From contig OZ231126.1 of NCBI GenBank assembly GCA_965153355.1, positions 39,122,001-39,186,000 of the forward strand: 64,000 nucleotides of DNA. Reading direction: 5' to 3'. The position numbers and the translations under genes were made by a program. Each line of letters starts with the position of its first letter. Position 1 is the first letter of the stretch. The notes beneath the pieces are model-generated. The model was given only the letters and a program-made list of their open reading frames with translations. It made no database searches and was not told where the DNA came from. Positions 13,801 through 30,358 of this stretch are shown in pieces. The stretch is from Flaccisagitta enflata. Taxonomy: Eukaryota.

Positions 13801-16332
13801 TGAAGGAAAGAGCAGAAATAAAGAATTCATGAAAGACAAAGAAAAAAACAGAGAAGAAAAAGAGAAAGTAACCTGAGGTTGAATTATTGTCGTGGTAAAT
13901 GGTCTCCCATGCCCAAACACATACACACAAGCGCGTGTGCACACACACACATGCATGCACTACACACTTGCACTCACACACACATGCTCACATGCACACG
14001 CACAAACACACACACACACGTCCGTTGTTTTTTTGTGTTTTGTTTTGAATTTGGAGGTCGAGGACAAGGACAGGGCAGAAAAGCATGAACGCGAACGCTT
14101 TGGGGAGGATGCGCGTTCGCATCCACTCCTATATTTTATCAGATGCGTTCGCATCCTTATCCGCGTTTACCAAAATCTCGCGCATCCTGTGCGTTCGCAT
14201 TCGCATCCCTGATCGCATCCTTATCCCTGGTTGGTTGATAGTCAAATTGATTGATTATTTGATTATGTGATTACTTGAAATTTCGATTATTCGATCTTCT
14301 TATTATTCAACTTTTTGATAATTGAAGGCGTGGCAGATTGATAGATTGATTGAATGCTCGACTTACCTTCTCTCATTTTGCGCCAACTATGGTCTCATGA
14401 TTCAAAAATTTACATGTATTTTAAAAGAGCGGATTATCATTGGCCAAAAGAGAAAAAATCGCAAAAGGATTTTGCAATTTATTGACTAAACTTCAACTGA
14501 CATTTTGAAAATTCGGTTAGGTGAGACATGTGTGGACATTGACGCTGACTGTCCGCAAAAAGCGTCCGAAGGAAAATGCAATAAAGATGAAAAAGTGAAG
14601 AGAAGATGCAGAAAATCGTGTGGCAGCTGCGTTACCGGATGCTGGGACACGGCCGATGATTGTGCAGAGAGAAAGGTGAGGATGTTAAGACATGGGATCC
14701 CTACTTGAATTCATGATCATGCAATGTCAGTACCAACGCACAGGAGCGGTGAGGAATTTTGTAGAAGAAACATTTGTAGACTATCAATGACCCAGTGTTT
14801 GTTCGTTTTTTTTTTGGGGGGGGAGCTTTTCGGATCGTTGAGGAAAATTTTTGAATTACTGCTCCTGATCAATGGAAAAAATAGCCATCACTGCCCCTGC
14901 CCACCTGCACGCGACTTTAGGCCTTGACTTTAGAGTTTAGGCCTTGACTCGTTGCTTGATTGTCCTATTTGTCTTATTGTTTACTCCAGAACTTTCAAGG
15001 GAAATGTTATGGAGAAGATAACGCGGAAACATTGAAAGTTTGCAAGAAGACTTGCAACTTTTGCGGATGCGTGGACACGAGCGAACATTGTGCAGGATGG
15101 GCGAAAGACGGAGAGTGTCTTACTAATGCGTACTGGATGCAAACGAATTGCAGGTTCGGTAGAAGTCAGTGAGAAAACATGGCCATGGTCCATGGATATG
15201 GTCTAACCTGTACAGCAATTGCACGAGCGAGTTATTGATTCTTCTTTCTTTAATTTTATCTTTTTTACTTTTTCCAGAAAGTCTTGTAAGACTTGTGACG
15301 GGAAGCCGTTACAACCGCCAACAGGATGCGTCAACCACCACAGGAACTGTGATTGGTGGGCCAAGGTCGGGGAGTGCAACAGGAATCCAATGTTTATGCA
15401 CAAGCATTGCATCAAAGCTTGTAACATGTGCAATCATGTGCCGTGCATGGATTACGGAACGACAGAAGACTGCAAACACGCCTCTCCGTGGTGAGAGCCT
15501 ACATTTTCCGACTAGAAATGTTTACACACAGTTTTATCGCATGAATAAACCGAATTGATTAACAATCGCGTGTTCAAGTTGCCCATTTACACACTTCATT
15601 CATAATTATATTATATAATTGCATGGTGATACTATCATTTAATCATCTTATTACATAATTGCATATTTACATAATTACATTGAGAAATGATCATGTGACA
15701 TGTGCAACAATTCATCCTACATAAAACTCATACAATTAATCAAAAGGAAACAGAAATTGAAAAAAATCCGGAAATAATATGGACATTTATATAGTGTAAG
15801 CTTCCATTACATACACATACATACCTAAAATATGGTCTTTTGAAACGATAAACGATAAACGATAAACGACTAGACATTCTGCAGCTCCTAAATGTCATTG
15901 ACGAACGAGTGTGGATTCGAACTTCTCAAACTTCAACGAAATTAAGATAATTTTAAGACCTTTTCCCAAGAGCCCGGCCCTTGTTGGCTTGTAACTGCTG
16001 ATCAAGATCATGGAAAGCTTAATACATTTTGTGTTTTTTTATCATTTTTGAACAGGACGTGTCGGAATTATAATTCAATCAAAAATGTTTGTCGGAAAAC
16101 ATGCGGTTACTGTGTCAACGACGGGCGAGAAGATTTGCTCGATATGGTCTGCTACGACGATTCACGTTGTGGAACAGGCTGTAAGTGACAAAATTAGGTT
16201 GGATACAATGATACATTGTTCGCTTGCGGCAGGGCAGGGGAATTGATCCGGGAGACTTTTCAAAAAGGTTGGCATAAACTGATGTATAATGATTACCACC
16301 TACCAACAGAAAACCCACCTATCAAGCAGCCA

Positions 16333-16428
<96 letters not shown>

Positions 16429-19400
16429 CTTGATGTAAGTTACTTTATTTACAGCAAATACGGAGGACAAGTGTTACTCGGGTAAAGGCTGGGGAGACTG
16501 GATGTTTGATAACTGCAAGAAATTGTGTGGCTACTGCGAACCTGGGCATCCTGGCAAAATAATTAAGAATCACCCTCATTATAAAGTAAGTCATTGAAAG
16601 CTCGACTTCAGTCAATGAGCAACAATGTCTGGACAACAAAGAAAACGTGTCCAGTTCGTCAAAATCATTAAACTCATGGAAAAATGTTTGGTTGTATTCA
16701 CCACTGGCAAACATACATAGGACAAAAGGTAGCACATTTATCTACCGACTGGTGATGGCTAACAGGGCATAATGAACCATTTACGTGTCTCGTTTCTTAA
16801 TTTTTCTTACTTTCATTATCAACGAGGCGACTGATGTAACAATATCCCTCCTCTAAATTATCAGGATGGTGAAACTACCGGTCAACCTCCAGTCCAACCA
16901 ACCGCCGCTCCATCAGCCGGACCAACCGCACCACCAACACCTGATACTGCAGAGTGTCGCGATGATAGAAGGCATAGTGATTGTCAACGAGACGCCAAAA
17001 ACGGGCACTGCAAGGTGACGACGATCGATGAAGGATCACGTTATTCCAACTGTCTATTTTTTGTTTTTATGTTTCTTTTCGATTTGGAGTGAGATTCCCT
17101 TATCATCCGCAGTTCATACTTATCTATGATGGCGTTTGCTTTCTTACCACCCTTTGCACTATGGTCTGGAAGTGGCTAAATCTGAGACAAAACCTAAAGA
17201 TTGACAATAATGATTATAATGAATACAACAACATAGAAAAAAAAATTTAAAAAAAAATTTTTCTTCATTTTTCGGGTTTTTATATGCCAAAAGGTCATTT
17301 TTAACAATTCAAGATTATTTTAGAATACAAGAAATCCTTAAATCTCCTTAAAATTGAATAGTGAGATTTTAATATTTCTTATTAGTAATAAAAATGTTTT
17401 CTGAGTAAGGGCTTAGTTATTACAAAGAAAAATTAAGATATTATATTTTTATCAATATTCTTTTATTTAGTTTAAGATATCTAAGATACTACTCAAAATA
17501 TGCAAAGTAAACGCTGAATTATGTATAATTTCACTAATCCATCGGTAAGTTTTATGGACAATGGACACAGAATAAATACAGAATAGAATATCACTAAGAA
17601 TATTTATTTATTGTTTGATCATGAAAAGTATCATGAATGATTTGAAACTCAGAAAATGCTAAAAACGAATGAAGTCATGATATTTATTTTTTTTCATATA
17701 TACAAAAGAAATAAGAATGATAGAAATATACTTAAAATTATACATCTTTAATCTTTTTAATATTTTCAAATATTCTCGATTATATCTGGTTCTCAAGCAT
17801 GTGCAACCCATAGTGCATGTTTGATGTCAAATAACGACTAATTCCTTTGAAAGAAAAACAAGGTCGGATGCACGGCTACCCCAGTCGCATGTGGGTGGGC
17901 AGGGGCTGTATTTGAGGTCACTTGATCATTTGGACAGAAGCAGTGAGGCTAAAGACAGCAAAAAAAAAAAAAAACAACAAGGCCAACACCTATAAGTCGC
18001 GTGCAAGACTTACAGACTAAGATTGACTTAGAATGACTTAGAATGACTTAGAATGACTTTCAATGACTTAGAATGATCTAAAATGACCTAAAAGGGCTTA
18101 AAATGACTAAACAGGTCGCCCAAGGGCAATATGTGGTCAGCGATACCCGTTGCCCTGCTTTGAGTGATTGTGAAATGGAGTGAGGGGAAGCAGGGCAGCG
18201 GCCCCGAAGGGGACAAAGTCCTGTAGAACACAGGGGGACTTTCGTTCGTCCTACCTGAACAGGTTGATGAGATGCTATAGAGGGCTGACTGAAGGTATTC
18301 AAGAGCCTAAACTGAGGTTTAAGCTAAGAAGGCTGATTTAAGGCTTGAGAATACCAATTGGAAGCTTGAGAGAGCTGACTTGAAGCTTGAGAGAGCTGGA
18401 TTAAGGCTTGAAAGGCCGGAGGACTGATTTGAAGCCTGAGAGCAATAAATTGAGGTTTAGATGGCTGATTTGAGGCCTGAGAGGCCTAATTTGAGGTATG
18501 CGAGGCCAGGTCTGAGAATTTGGATTTGAGGCCTGAGAGGCCAGATTTGAGGCCTGAGTGGCCAGATTTGAGGCCTGAAGGCCAAATTTGAGGCCTGGTG
18601 GCTGGGATTTGAGGCCTGAGAGAGGCCGGATTTGAGGCCTGAGAGGCGGATTTGAGGTCCAAGAGGCCAGATTTGAGGCCTGAGAGGCTGGATTGAGGCC
18701 TGAGAGGCTGGATTTGAGGCCTGAGATGCTATATTTGAGGCCTGGGAGGCCAGATTTTAGGCCTGAGGGGCCTGATAGGGGGGGGACGAACTAATTAACG
18801 AACAAACGAAAGTCCCCCTGTGTTCTACAGGACTTCGTCCCCTTCGGGGCCGCTGCCCAAAAACCTAATGACCAAAAATAACTTAAGATAACTTAAAATG
18901 ACTTAAAATTACTTAAAATTACTTAAAATGACTTAAAATGACTCAAAATGACCTAAGAGATGATGTTATAGTACAAAAAAGTAGTGTTACAGACCGACGG
19001 ACGGACGGACCGGCGGACGGATGGACGGACTGACGGACGGACCGACAAAGCGGGTTGTAGAGTCGCGTGCACGCGACTAAAAAAGTAAAGTGTGACAGAC
19101 GGACCGACAGACGGACCAACGCACGGACTAACAGATGGATGGACCGACAAAGCGGGGTGTAGAGTCGCGTAGCACTCAACAATCGCAGGTGGATGGGGAG
19201 AGGCATGCAATTTCTCCCCCCCACACACAATCACAACTGTCCATGGGTTAGTCCGTTAGTCCAACAAGTTTTTTTTCGATTCAGGAGATAGATTCATGTT
19301 TTTTTTTTCTTTTTGCTTTTTCATGATTTTTGTTTTGTTTATAGATTTGCGTGGCATGCGACTAAAAATGGAGGTGCTGAAAACCAAAATAGTTATTAAT

Positions 19401-21337
19401 TTTGGCGAGACGAGGAGGACCATATCCATCTGGGCATAATCTAAATTTCATGATCCTCATGTTCTGTCGGTATGGTTCATGCAAGCAGGAAATTGATGAA
19501 ATAGGGAAGGAACAGCCCCTCATAAAGAGTTCATTCAAATCATAGAAACGGATGGACAGAGCAAGTCAAAAGTACGGCTTATCTTTACTAACTCGCTTCT
19601 GAAGTAACTATACAAAATCAAATCTTTCATGGAGCAACAAGCTCAACGCCATATAGACTGAACTTGAATGAATAAACAAATGAATGAATGAATGAATGAA
19701 TGAATAAATGAATGAATGAATGAATGAATGAATGAATGAATGAATGAATGAATGAATGAATGAATGAATGAATGAATGAATGAATGAAACAAGTGTCAGT
19801 TTAAACCAGTTTGTTCTTTTCATCTCTAAATAAATGAATGAAGGAACAAAAAAATGAATGAATTAATGAATTTACATATGAATGAATGAATTAATGAATG
19901 AATGAATGAATGAAGGAATGAATGAATGAATGAATGAATGAATGAATAAATGAAAATCGTTCTAATAGAAACAATGCTTTGCATGAAAACACGCATCTGT
20001 TGACAGTGATTGAAGAGATGAATTTATTAAAAAATCAACGACTGACAATTGGATTAGTTGAAGAATGAGTAATGAATAAATGAATGCATGAATGAATAAA
20101 TGAATGCATGAATGAATGAATGAATGAATGAATGAATGAATGAATGAATGAATGAATTAGAAGAAAGGTATGGATGGTTGAATCCCAATAAGAAAGAAGA
20201 AATGAATGAATGAATGAATGAATGAATAAATGAATGAATGAATGAATGAATGAATGAATGAATGAATGAATGAAAGAAAGAATGAATGAATGAATGAAAA
20301 ATGATTAAAAAAACAGATTGTTGTTGACCAGTGAGTGGCTCTTACAAAATTTCAGCAAGTTAGAGTAGAAAATGTCTGATTTACAGCATTTTCAAAAATG
20401 AGAAAAATGACCTATAATTTTCATCCCAAAAAAATCGTGCTCCGGCGCAAGCTGGCGCAGGTAAAACCTTATATACATTTGCTTGGCATATGATGAACTT
20501 TCAATATGTAATAGCGAGATGTGTAAACTACTTGCAGAAAATTATGAATTTCTGAAGCATTTTTGGACAGGTGCAACTTTGAAGAGTCATTGCTGGCTCA
20601 ATTTTTGAGTCACACCGAGATTTTGCATGGAGCTAGTCTAGATACGCACTTGACAAAGTGCCAAAGCGCGTACATGTGACTGAAAATTTTCTGTACTCAA
20701 TGCTTCAATGAAAAATGCTGTTTTTTGCACATTTTTTTACAAAGGCCTGGTAACCATAGTAACGAGGTAAGTTAAGGGTATTGAAAAGCACTTTTAAGCC
20801 CTAACAAATAGTCAAATTAGAAATTCAGACCATGAACCACCACGCTGCGGTGGAAAATCATGAAATTTTCAAATTGCGACTCGGTAGGTTATTTCTTGCT
20901 GGTATTAAGGGCCTATTCCATAGTGCTTTGATAACTGATTCAGTACATCAAACACGGCCAAGTAGGCCAATAAGGTGCGACGTGTGGATCGTTGAACGAA
21001 TGCGTTACAGACAGACAGACAAACCGACGGACACAGCCAGTTATAGAGGTGCTTTGTCGCACCTAAAAATGTATATGTAACCTTCAATCAATTGACGAAT
21101 CGTAAAGTTCTCAACCTTAATTCAATAATTTGTCATTCCTTTTTTTTGGTCCAGATTTGGCCCGACTACATGGAAAAGTATTGCGCCAGTAGTTGTGGTT
21201 ACTGTGGTCACGAAGGAATTTGCGCCGATGACGTTGATTTAAAAGGACAATGTCCTCATCTGAAGGAAGCTCAAGGCTGTGACTTGGAATGGATGCAGCA
21301 AAGATGCGCTAAGACTTGCGACACATGCGAAGTTTGA
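1371..21337 (+). CDS. Gene A (5'-partial): secreted reprolysin/M12B-like zinc metalloprotease with F-type lectin domain and 8 ShKT domains
   Basis: Phase-consistent GT-AG exons: 1371-1589, 1969-2158, 3594-3785, 4116-4177, 4711-4930, 6719-6881, 7272-7408, 7833-7987, 13168-13293, 14521-14675, 14990-15153, 15278-15490, 16056-16180, 16455-16585, 16865-17014, 21155-21337 (TGA; AATAAA ~21378). Motifs: [33 protein letters not shown], Met-turn GLM, F-lectin [13 protein letters not shown]...ATDG...NPWL...NRWD...LEVRVG...CELQV, eight 6-Cys ShKT repeats ending CxxxCxxC. Most exon sizes equal those of gene B. Signal/prodomain exons lie upstream of the window. Confidence 0.9.
2591..2938. mobile_element. 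MITE-like element
   Basis: Inverted ends TACCACGCGAAT / ATTCGCGTGGTA. Confidence 0.5.
4216..4653. repeat. (AAC)n microsatellite, gene A intron
   Basis: Direct inspection; similar simple repeats at 1200-1310, 1695-1895, 7500-7825, 16340-16428, 27808-28030, 40215-40485, 44370-44825, 45148-45291, 45810-45935. Confidence 0.95.
4711..4930 (+). CDS. Gene A catalytic exon (metzincin zinc-binding motif and Met-turn)
   Basis: Encodes [15 protein letters not shown] (4791-4826) and CMNGLM; flanked by ctgtag and gtgagt. Confidence 0.92.
6719..13293 (+). CDS. Gene A F-type (fucolectin/F5_F8-like) lectin domain, 4 exons, split by LINE-containing intron
   Basis: Exons 6719-6881, 7272-7408, 7833-7987, 13168-13293 translate to the F-lectin pattern (NIA..A.QSST, ATDG, CTQT, PWL, NRWD....[23 protein letters not shown]). 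Confidence 0.8.
6915..7120 (-). mobile_element. DINE-1/HINE-like non-autonomous Helentron element (family 1)
   Basis: Element strand: TTAGTCGCGTGCACGCGACT palindrome, (GTCG/GTCC)n microsatellite, subterminal CACGCGACT, 3' stem-loop GCCGtgtatcCGGC then TTGTT; many copies in the window. Confidence 0.65.
8030..11845 (-). mobile_element. CR1/L2-type non-LTR retrotransposon (LINE), antisense in intron of gene A
   Basis: Long intact ORF, ~200-nt 3' UTR, then AATAAA followed by (TTCA)n tail at 8030-8052 on the minus strand; no TSD found; 5' boundary approximate. Confidence 0.9.
8264..11740 (-). CDS. LINE ORF: 2A-like motif, PHD finger, APE endonuclease, reverse transcriptase
   Basis: Uninterrupted ORF (first ATG 11740; the track starts at a GTG at 11749). 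[14 protein letters not shown]4HC3 PHD (CVVC...[12 protein letters not shown]...CDLC); APE motifs NVRSL, SETWL, GGGV, YRPP, GDMN, SDH; RT motifs [36 protein letters not shown]. Confidence 0.95.
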   Translation of the reverse strand: MATFLFCLLLLSFVGNASITSHLSIASQEPNFLSHIHHQQQQQHQRQEQHHQLQLLLSGDVHLHPGPSTARSEEKKIRKVAYPCVVCAKGVTKASKAISCDSCDKWTHVRCSLSVSISKYNECVREGGDIAFVCDLCSLSSLPFSNDDDLDGCRASADSSSVAAFSASTFTSSNSTSASSNSTSVSSNSTSVPSNSFLSCPIPRILSSKGLHFLHSNVRSLLPKIPELRLLLSRTKAAVFAVSETWLDSTVNDSEVAVPGFNVIRQDRNRNGGGVAMYVRDSIAFNPRPDLSVDGLEATWIELLFPRTKGILICSLYRPPNDNSFLTKLELSLSKIVPGTEFHILGDMNIDYFQSRSSMLSKYKEILDFFGCTQLITEPTRITPTSSSLIDHIVTSVSDLIVESGVILNGFSDHLITFSSRRSGKETFTGSNVRFVRSFKSYSKSSFLYELRKIDWSPILTSADVNFCLTEFSRLFRLAIDSVAPLREVRVRNKKNPWMNAHILSSIRQRDKLLSRFKKDKSNTLLYKEYCQTRNRVQRDIKLAKESFFKNGVERNRGNSGKLWDHLKSLGFSKKAFNSSSIVLEQGGVKVFDSLSVARIFNEFYTSVAGNLVSKLPSPCGFFHTTTEVFKTFYRNKIGLRPSFCLSPVTSHFIRKQLSSLDPKKAVGLDDISSLFLRDGTDCILAPVKHIVNLSIITETVPSSFKEAKVIPIFKKGSTLDPGNYRPVSILSVLSKILERAAHTQLSNYLEKRGLLFENQSGFRSGYSTDSCLIGLTDFIKSEIGKGNLVGMVLIDLQKAFDTVDHSILCEKLKSIGVSSTVWFESYLSNRSQCVDVRGSRSEFLPVTCGVPQGSILGPLLFLIYVNDMNISLTCRLSLYADDSALIFSHRDHNVISDRLSAELSTCKQWLVDNRLSLHVGKTESLLFGSKRRLRGIDDFRVFCDGTPVERKFSVKYLGVLLDTNLNGSAHAGNLMSVCAGRLAFLYRNSSFLDKKCRQMLCSTLIQPYMDYCCSSWYSGLSVALRERLNVVQRKMVRFVHSLDYRAHVDSRDLRELEWLSVPDRVKSFRMAHLFRIRHKLAPSYLLPNFKLISVAHTYNTRGSSNNFHLSRELSLFPNGFAFTAIKQWNELPEEIKSIFEFRVFKRRLKQYLFTLYD
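13334..14229. mobile_element. hAT-type non-autonomous element (MITE)
   Basis: TIRs CAGGGACAAGGATGCG / CGCATCCTTATCCCTG; perfect 8-bp TSD GTTGGTTG at 13326-13333 and 14230-14237; internal GA-rich and CA microsatellites. Confidence 0.85.
14521..21337 (+). CDS. Gene A C-terminal array of 8 ShKT domains with Pro/Thr linker
   Basis: e.g. [105 protein letters not shown]; linker [20 protein letters not shown] in exon 16865-17014. Confidence 0.88.
18110..18863. mobile_element. Minisatellite-carrying interspersed element (family 2)
   Basis: ~55-bp inverted repeats (GGGCAGCGGCCCCGAAGGGGAC...) enclosing ~21-bp GATTTGAGGCCTGAGAGGC tandem units; near-identical copy at 1-455, relatives at ~33445-33775 and ~51850-52535. 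Confidence 0.65.
19665..20300. repeat. (TGAA)n microsatellite region
   Basis: Direct inspection; complementary (TTCA)n at 3860-4100 and 47330-47520. Confidence 0.9.
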
Positions 21338-21382
21338 ATTAAAACGACTTTTTTTTTATACTCACTGCGTGATAGCAAATAA

Positions 21383-21566
21383 AAACAAGGCCGGATACAC
21401 GGCTACCCCAGTCGCGTGCAGGTGGGCAGGGGCCATATTTGAGGTCACTAGAGCATTTGGGCAGGAGCAGTAAGGTCAAAAAAGAAAGATCATAAAAGAA
21501 GTAAAATGTGACGGACCGACCGACCGACGGACAAAGCGGGGTGTAGAGTCGCGTACACGCGACTAT
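21383..21566 (-). mobile_element. HINE-like element (family 1) just 3' of gene A
   Basis: Same structure as 6915-7120. Confidence 0.65.
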
Positions 21567-24500
21567 TAAACAAAACCACATTGCTACGCGTCGTTTAATC
21601 TCAATGAGCCGGCGTGGCAACAGGACTTCAAAGTGCTCGAGAGGCTTCGAGTTCGATTGAATTACTTCTGTTAAAAAGTTGTCATATTTGGCTTGTTTAA
21701 CGATCGAGTTGATCATTAGCTTCACTTTTAATACCTAGTATTTCATTCGTTTTCGAATTATTCTAGACAGCTTCAACCTACGACAGTTTTTTTTTTAATT
21801 AGAAGCTTTTATTTTACCTACCACAGAATTTCAAATTAGCAGCCATGGAATGAATTTACGGGGCATCAGGAAAAAACAAGTACCCCGGGGGTACAACGAT
21901 GCGTCCACATGCGGCTTAGCTTGTTAAGAATGATGCAATATTGCATCAACCTTGTGAAATGATGCAATAATCTGAGATATTTCCAAGATTCTATGCATTT
22001 TCACCATTCTCAACTCGATCACCACGGACGGACCGACGGACGGACGGACGGACAAAGCCTCTTATAGAGATGCGTGGACGCATCTAAAAAGGAAAAAAGA
22101 AAGATAGATCCAGTGACACTCCTTTGTTCACATGGCTAAATTACATCATGCTATGTCTGCTCCGTCAAATCAATCAGAGATTTTTCCCAAAATGTGAGTG
22201 AAAGCCGGAAAGAAAAGAGTGAGATTACCAGTAATGGCGGCTGTCGCCGTGAGGAAAAAAGTCGTACGCATTGGTCACTTTTCACCAAGCTTTTATCTTC
22301 AGTCACTGAAATCTTTTTTATTTGTTAAATCAAATCAAGAGCAATTGTATGTATTGATTGCACTGAAAATCAGAGAAAAATAGGACTAAGCCAAATGAGC
22401 TAGATGAGCTGAAATATTCAAAATAATTCAACCAGACAACTAGCTCTGCTAACTGCCACGTTTTCTTGCATGCTCAAATCAAAACATTAATTCATTCATC
22501 CTATAAAAGATCAGAGAAAAAGAGCAAGCTAAATGAGCTAAATCAGCTTGAATACTACAAAACAACCTCACAGATGAGTGGCTCTGCTCTCTGACATGTT
22601 TTCTTGTATTTGCTTGCTTAAAAATGTATGCAAATATTTATTGATTTATCGCATTTGAAATCAGAAAGAAAAGACTGAGCTAAGTGAGCTAAATGAGCTA
22701 AAATGCTCAAAAATGCCCTCAGAGATGAGCAGCTATGTTTTTTTGTATTTGCATGCTCAAACAAACACATAGACACTTCTTTATTCATCCTACACAAAAT
22801 CATAAAAAATAAAAAAAAATTCAATTTGAATTTTTCATAATTAATTATTAAAAAAATCATAGCGCAAAAAATATTTGTTGTAGAGCATTCTGCTTAGCGC
22901 AAAATAAAAGAGAATTATCAAATTTACTTAATCTATCAATTTCGTTTGAGGGACCAATCAGCCGTAGGAGATTCCCGACTTCCTAATAAGAAAAGAAATT
23001 AGAAAAGTCAAAGACTGAACTTCAACTTTTTCTCGAAATAATTTGGAAAAAGTCGAGATCGAAGTCAAGACTTTTTGATTTCATGAAAAGAAAAGTTGTT
23101 TTCCTTTTTTTCATGAAGCGTTTGGGAAAGTTGGTAAGCTTTTGGGCCGAATGGTACTACATGAAATTAAAAAATTCAGATTCTCCAATGGAATTCTGCA
23201 GAATTCTGTGTGATTGATAGTTTTGGAGCTATGATTTTTTGAATCTTTTTTTATTTTTCCGCATTTTTCGCATTTTTCCCAAAAACGAGGAATCGAGTTA
23301 GTTGAAGTCTAATTGAACTTTGAAATGTTCCAGGTGATAATTGTGCATCCTGGCAGCACAGTCTCTCTCATTTCAACTTCAGACTCTATAAGAGGCTATG
23401 ACCGTCAGTCAAACCGTTGATCTGTTAGTCCGTCTGTCTGTCTGAGTGGAAAAGTGGAAAAACAAGGGGTCTAGATGCTTGTGTGTGGGGGTTGAGGTTG
23501 GGGTGTGGATGGGGGTTGGATGCCCTTGTCCACTTGTCCGCAACTCCTGTTTTTTCTCTCAGCATTTACGACTTTTTTCCTACGGCGATTAGCCGCATCT
23601 ATTGGTATTGATTAATGCGCAAGGCATGTCTCGGTAATTCCCGTGACCTCAATGCATAAATTTCTCGATGAGTCAAGTGATCGTCACGATGTCACATGAG
23701 ATAGTCAGAATAGCAAGAAGGGAACTTGAGTTTTAGCAGTCTTCGAGAAAATCAAGACCAAGCCCGACTAATTCTAATGTCATCGGTGGCCGGATATCCC
23801 CAGACCGTGGTGTGGTTTCGTCGACCAAAACGAGAAAATTGTAGCAATCAAGATATCATACATAAAGGATTAAGAATGTCGTACGATAATACAATCGCGT
23901 GATATTTCAACAATGTATGCAATTAATTTTCCGGCTACTAGGCGTTTGAATATCGGTCGCATTATTGACAAGAAAACACAACGAGCGAGTGCTAAAATCC
24001 ACACATTTGGGTGCGTCAATATGCATAAGGTCTTTGGATCAGCTCATCATCATCATAGAGTATGATAACATTGATTATAAGATACTTATCAATTTTTAAA
24101 AAATATTTTAATCTTTTGTTTTTTAAATGCAATTTTCGATTGTCAAACACATACATACTTGTAGCAATTCCATCTAGTTTTAGTGAAGATGGAACTCATA
24201 TAAAAAATATTTATGTAATAAAATATTCATATAACAAAATTTTCATATAAAGAAATATTCATGTATCGTAACTTATCATTCTAATAATCATCTATGTTGA
24301 TGCATAAGTAGCTACACAACAATTTATAAATTAGGAGCAAATTAAATTAAAAAAATTACAGATGAAATTTGTAAAAAAAAAAACAATATCTTAAAATAAG
24401 TGTTCAAATATTCCCTGATGGTAGGAAAGTCAACTTGGGTTGGTTCCTCGAAAGTGCGAGAGAAAATGCGATGTCGGAATTTTTTCCCTGCGTTAGAATA

Positions 24501-24929
24501 GATCCCATGCGACAAATATGAAAGAATATTGTTCAAATGCAATGAATTTCATTCGTTTTTGGCCAAAATCATGTCCCGGTCATTTTTTTTCTTCAAAAAA
24601 ATTGTATAAGTAATTAAAGAAATAAGGAAGCTTAGAATAAAGGGTTGTTACGGCTCAACTTGGGCGATGTGAGGTAACGTGAGCTGCATGTTATATCCCC
24701 AGAGTATGACCAATTCAAACCTGTTTTCATTTTTACTCCATGACAACGCGCGTTGACGCGATAAAAAAAAGAAAAAGCCTATGACTTTGCAAAAGCTACA
24801 ACCAAATAGTCACAAATCAACAAGGTAATCTCGTAATCAACGTTTTGTGCGCTGTCAAGATGGATCAAATCTAAGGCAAAAGTAACAAGACTCTGATATT
24901 GAAGCAACACAACTGCCACAAAAAAAAAA

Positions 24930-25450
24930 ACACAACAAAGCAACAACAACAACAATGACAACAACAACAACAAGGGCATTGACAACAACAACAACAGCAA
25001 CAACAACAACAATGAACAGCAACAATAACAATGCAAACAACAACAATGCAGACAACAAAGAACAATAACATTGATAAGAACAAAAACATCAATCAAAACA
25101 ACGAGATCAATAACAATGACTACTACAGCAAATACAAAAATTATAAAAACAATAATAGCACAACAACAACAACAACAACAACAGTAACAACCACAACGAC
25201 GACAATGACAACAACAACGACAACGACGACAACGACGACAACAACGACATCAACGACAATGACGACAACGACAATGACGACAATGACAATGACAACAACA
25301 ATGACAGCAACAACAATAATGACAACAACAATAACAAAAACAACAACGACAATAACAAAAACATCAATGACAACAACAACAACAATGACAACAACAACAA
25401 CAAGGGCATTGACAACAACAACAACATTAACAACAATGACAACAACAACG
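24930..25450. repeat. Degenerate (ACA/ACG)n trinucleotide tract
   Basis: Direct inspection. Confidence 0.85.
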
Positions 25451-26220
25451 AGAGAGAGGAGAGACAATCAGCTTCAGTGTAGTCATCATCCAGTTCTACA
25501 TGATTGTCATAGGAATTCAGCATTATTCATGGTTGGGCCTTTTCCAATCATTTGTTCAAAATTGCTGTTAGTCTTAAATGGCTTTTTTTAAATGAAAATG
25601 GGCATTTTACCTTTTCCCCCAATAAAAACAATATTTTTGGTCTTTTTGGCAAATCTTGTCCATTGATTAGCCCAAAAAGAGAGTGACAGTGGTCAAAAAA
25701 AAAAGTAGGCAGAAACACCCAATAGGGCGATTTTACAACTTTTTAGTCACAACGACATAAAACACACAAAAAAGTGTGTTACAAGGTATCAAATGAAAGT
25801 CCTTGCAATACTGCATCGACCCATACCGGTCATAAGGGGTTCGAAGAAAAAAAAATTTCTTCGTTTACATTGCTACTGATGGTAACAATCTTAACAAGAA
25901 AACCTTTGCATATTGACATACCCAATCCACACATCCACACATTCTTTTTTTACAGGAAAGCTATTGTACAAAGATTAACAAGAAAAAAAAAACACTGCAC
26001 TGTGACTTAAAAGGAAAAAAAACCTGTACGAAGATAACAACTAAGAAACATTTTGTTCAACTCCATCTTTTTTTAGTAGTGATGCCTACCCCTTTCACTG
26101 GAAACTTCATAAAGTAAGTTTTGATGAACATTCTTGAAAAATAAAATATTTTCATTTCTAATAAAGCTGACGCTCAGAGCAGTTCTAATTGTTCTATCTG
26201 TTGCCTTGTCTTTTTTGTAG

Positions 26221-29905
<3,685 letters not shown>

Positions 29906-30358
29906 GTCTAGGGTCGCATGGATGAGAAGAATGAAACTAAAAGGAATTATGAGAAGAAGCAACAATGAAACAAAACGAAACGAAAAACCATAAAAAAAAA
30001 AAAAAAAAAAACGAGCAAGAAAAAAAGAAAGAAAAAAAAACGATAAAAAGAGAAAAAATAACAACAAAACAAGAACAAAAAACAGCAAAAAAAAACAAAA
30101 ACAAAAACAAACAAAAACAAAAACACGAAAAAATAACAACAAAAACCAGACTAGAACCAGAAAAAAAAGTAAAATTACAGCAATACAGATTATAAACCTA
30201 AAAAGGAAGAGTATTTGATGTAGAGAACTGGAAACTAAGCAAAGCATAACTAAGCATGACTAATTTGTATCCAAAGATAAACTATATTGTTTCCCGAACG
30301 AAAACAAAAAGGTAAAAGTAAGAGTAAAAAAACAAACAAAAACAAAGACAAAACCCAT

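Noticed and set aside
25031-25591. Thr-rich mucin-like ORF
   Set aside because: Degenerate ACA repeat with no signal peptide or convincing splice context.
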